NCBI GenBank assembly: GCA_028534125.1
Contig: CM052817.1
Span: forward strand, 35,590,001-35,654,000
DNA from: Lama glama
Taxonomy: Eukaryota
Reading direction: 5' to 3'
Length of the DNA: 64,000 bases
Part shown: one piece after another, positions 62,913-64,000 of the stretch
Layout: each line of letters opens with the position of its first letter
Position numbering within the stretch: the stretch's first letter is position 1
Program-made: the position numbers and the translations under genes
Notes under the pieces: generated by a model
Database searches by the model: none
What the model was told of the DNA's origin: nothing
Seen by the model: the letters and a program-made list of their open reading frames with translations, nothing else

Positions 62913-64000
62913 TCAGAACTCTCCACAGCGACCCATCTAAGGAGGGACACGTGAGGAGCTAGACGAATTGAGGATTTGCGGCCTTTCCCCCAGCCCGTCG
63001 CACAAGTGTCCGCAGTCGTGTGTCCCCCATCCTCCAGACCGGGAACGAAGCTAGGATTTTGGGAGGTGGAGGGTACAGGGATCGTAGCATTTATGTTTCT
63101 CGTCACGGTGACTCTATTCCACTGTTCGCTGCTGGATAAATCTGACACTCCGCGTACTGAAATAGCGTGCAGAACTATACGACAAATTCCATTGTTTTGG
63201 CTTTGTCTGTTTCCCTTTAAACCAGAATTAGTGGATTTGTTGAATAGTTGAATTTTTGAGCGTCAACCTGTACAAGGCATTGTGCTAGGCTCTGGAAATA
63301 AACCGGGGACAAATAATATAAAGTTGATGAGGAGGGGAGAGGGTTGGTCTAGTTTGGCATTCCTAAGTAAATTGTTTCAAAAGATGACCTTTACATTTGC
63401 TCTTTCCACAAGGTGACATAGTTCTCAGATAGTATATATTTTACTGAGCAGAGCCAGTATATCTTGTTTTTCTTTTTACATATAGAATCCTAGTCATGTA
63501 TAGTGTATTTTCTTTATATGTTTTAATGCTCCCTCTTCCATTCTTCGCAGCTGCTATTTCAGACTTCGTTTTCTTCTAGCTCCCAATCTCGTGGCCACCC
63601 CTCACATTTCTTCTTATTCTCTCAGCTGTTTCATGGAGATAATAGAAGCAAAAGCTTAAACTCCACTGCGTAAAATTCCGTCCCATTTTAATCTTGAGTC
63701 TGGAAATGTTTTAGCATCATTACATTCTCTTTTTCTTAACTCCTATCTCGGAAAGAAAGTTGAAAAAATTTTAGCTTCATGTTTTTGAGACGGTAGTAGG
63801 TTCTCACGGCTCACAAGCTAGAAAATGTTAAAGTGTTAAGTGTAAGGTCTTATTCTTGTTCACCGTCTGTCCTGTGTGAGCCCTCTCCACAGTAGGTAAC
63901 CACTGTTCTTAGATTCTTATCTTTCCAGGTGCTTTAAGCATTTTCAAGCAAGTATAAATAGCATTCTGTTTTCCCTCTTTTTACAGACAAAAAGTAACAT

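Overview
Mammalian genomic window, probably camelid (inferred from the tRNA-derived SINE family), covering the REST-NOA1-POLR2B synteny block. REST (+) is intact: CpG-island promoter, three coding exons giving 969 aa, the conserved neural REST4 microexon and a long 3'UTR. NOA1 (-) keeps all seven exons in order but carries about a dozen frameshifts, stops and a splice lesion, plus damaged zinc-finger and GTPase motifs. The head-to-head POLR2B first exon also appears to have lost its ATG and splice donor. This suggests the NOA1-POLR2B unit next to REST is a dead copy and the functional unit lies elsewhere. Repeats include a possible half-L1 composite retroelement with a second copy 48 kb away, a site hit repeatedly by SINEs and a tailless tRNA-Cys fragment, and a near full-length Tigger2-type transposon. 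Comparisons with human genes and repeat consensus sequences are from memory, not from database searches.
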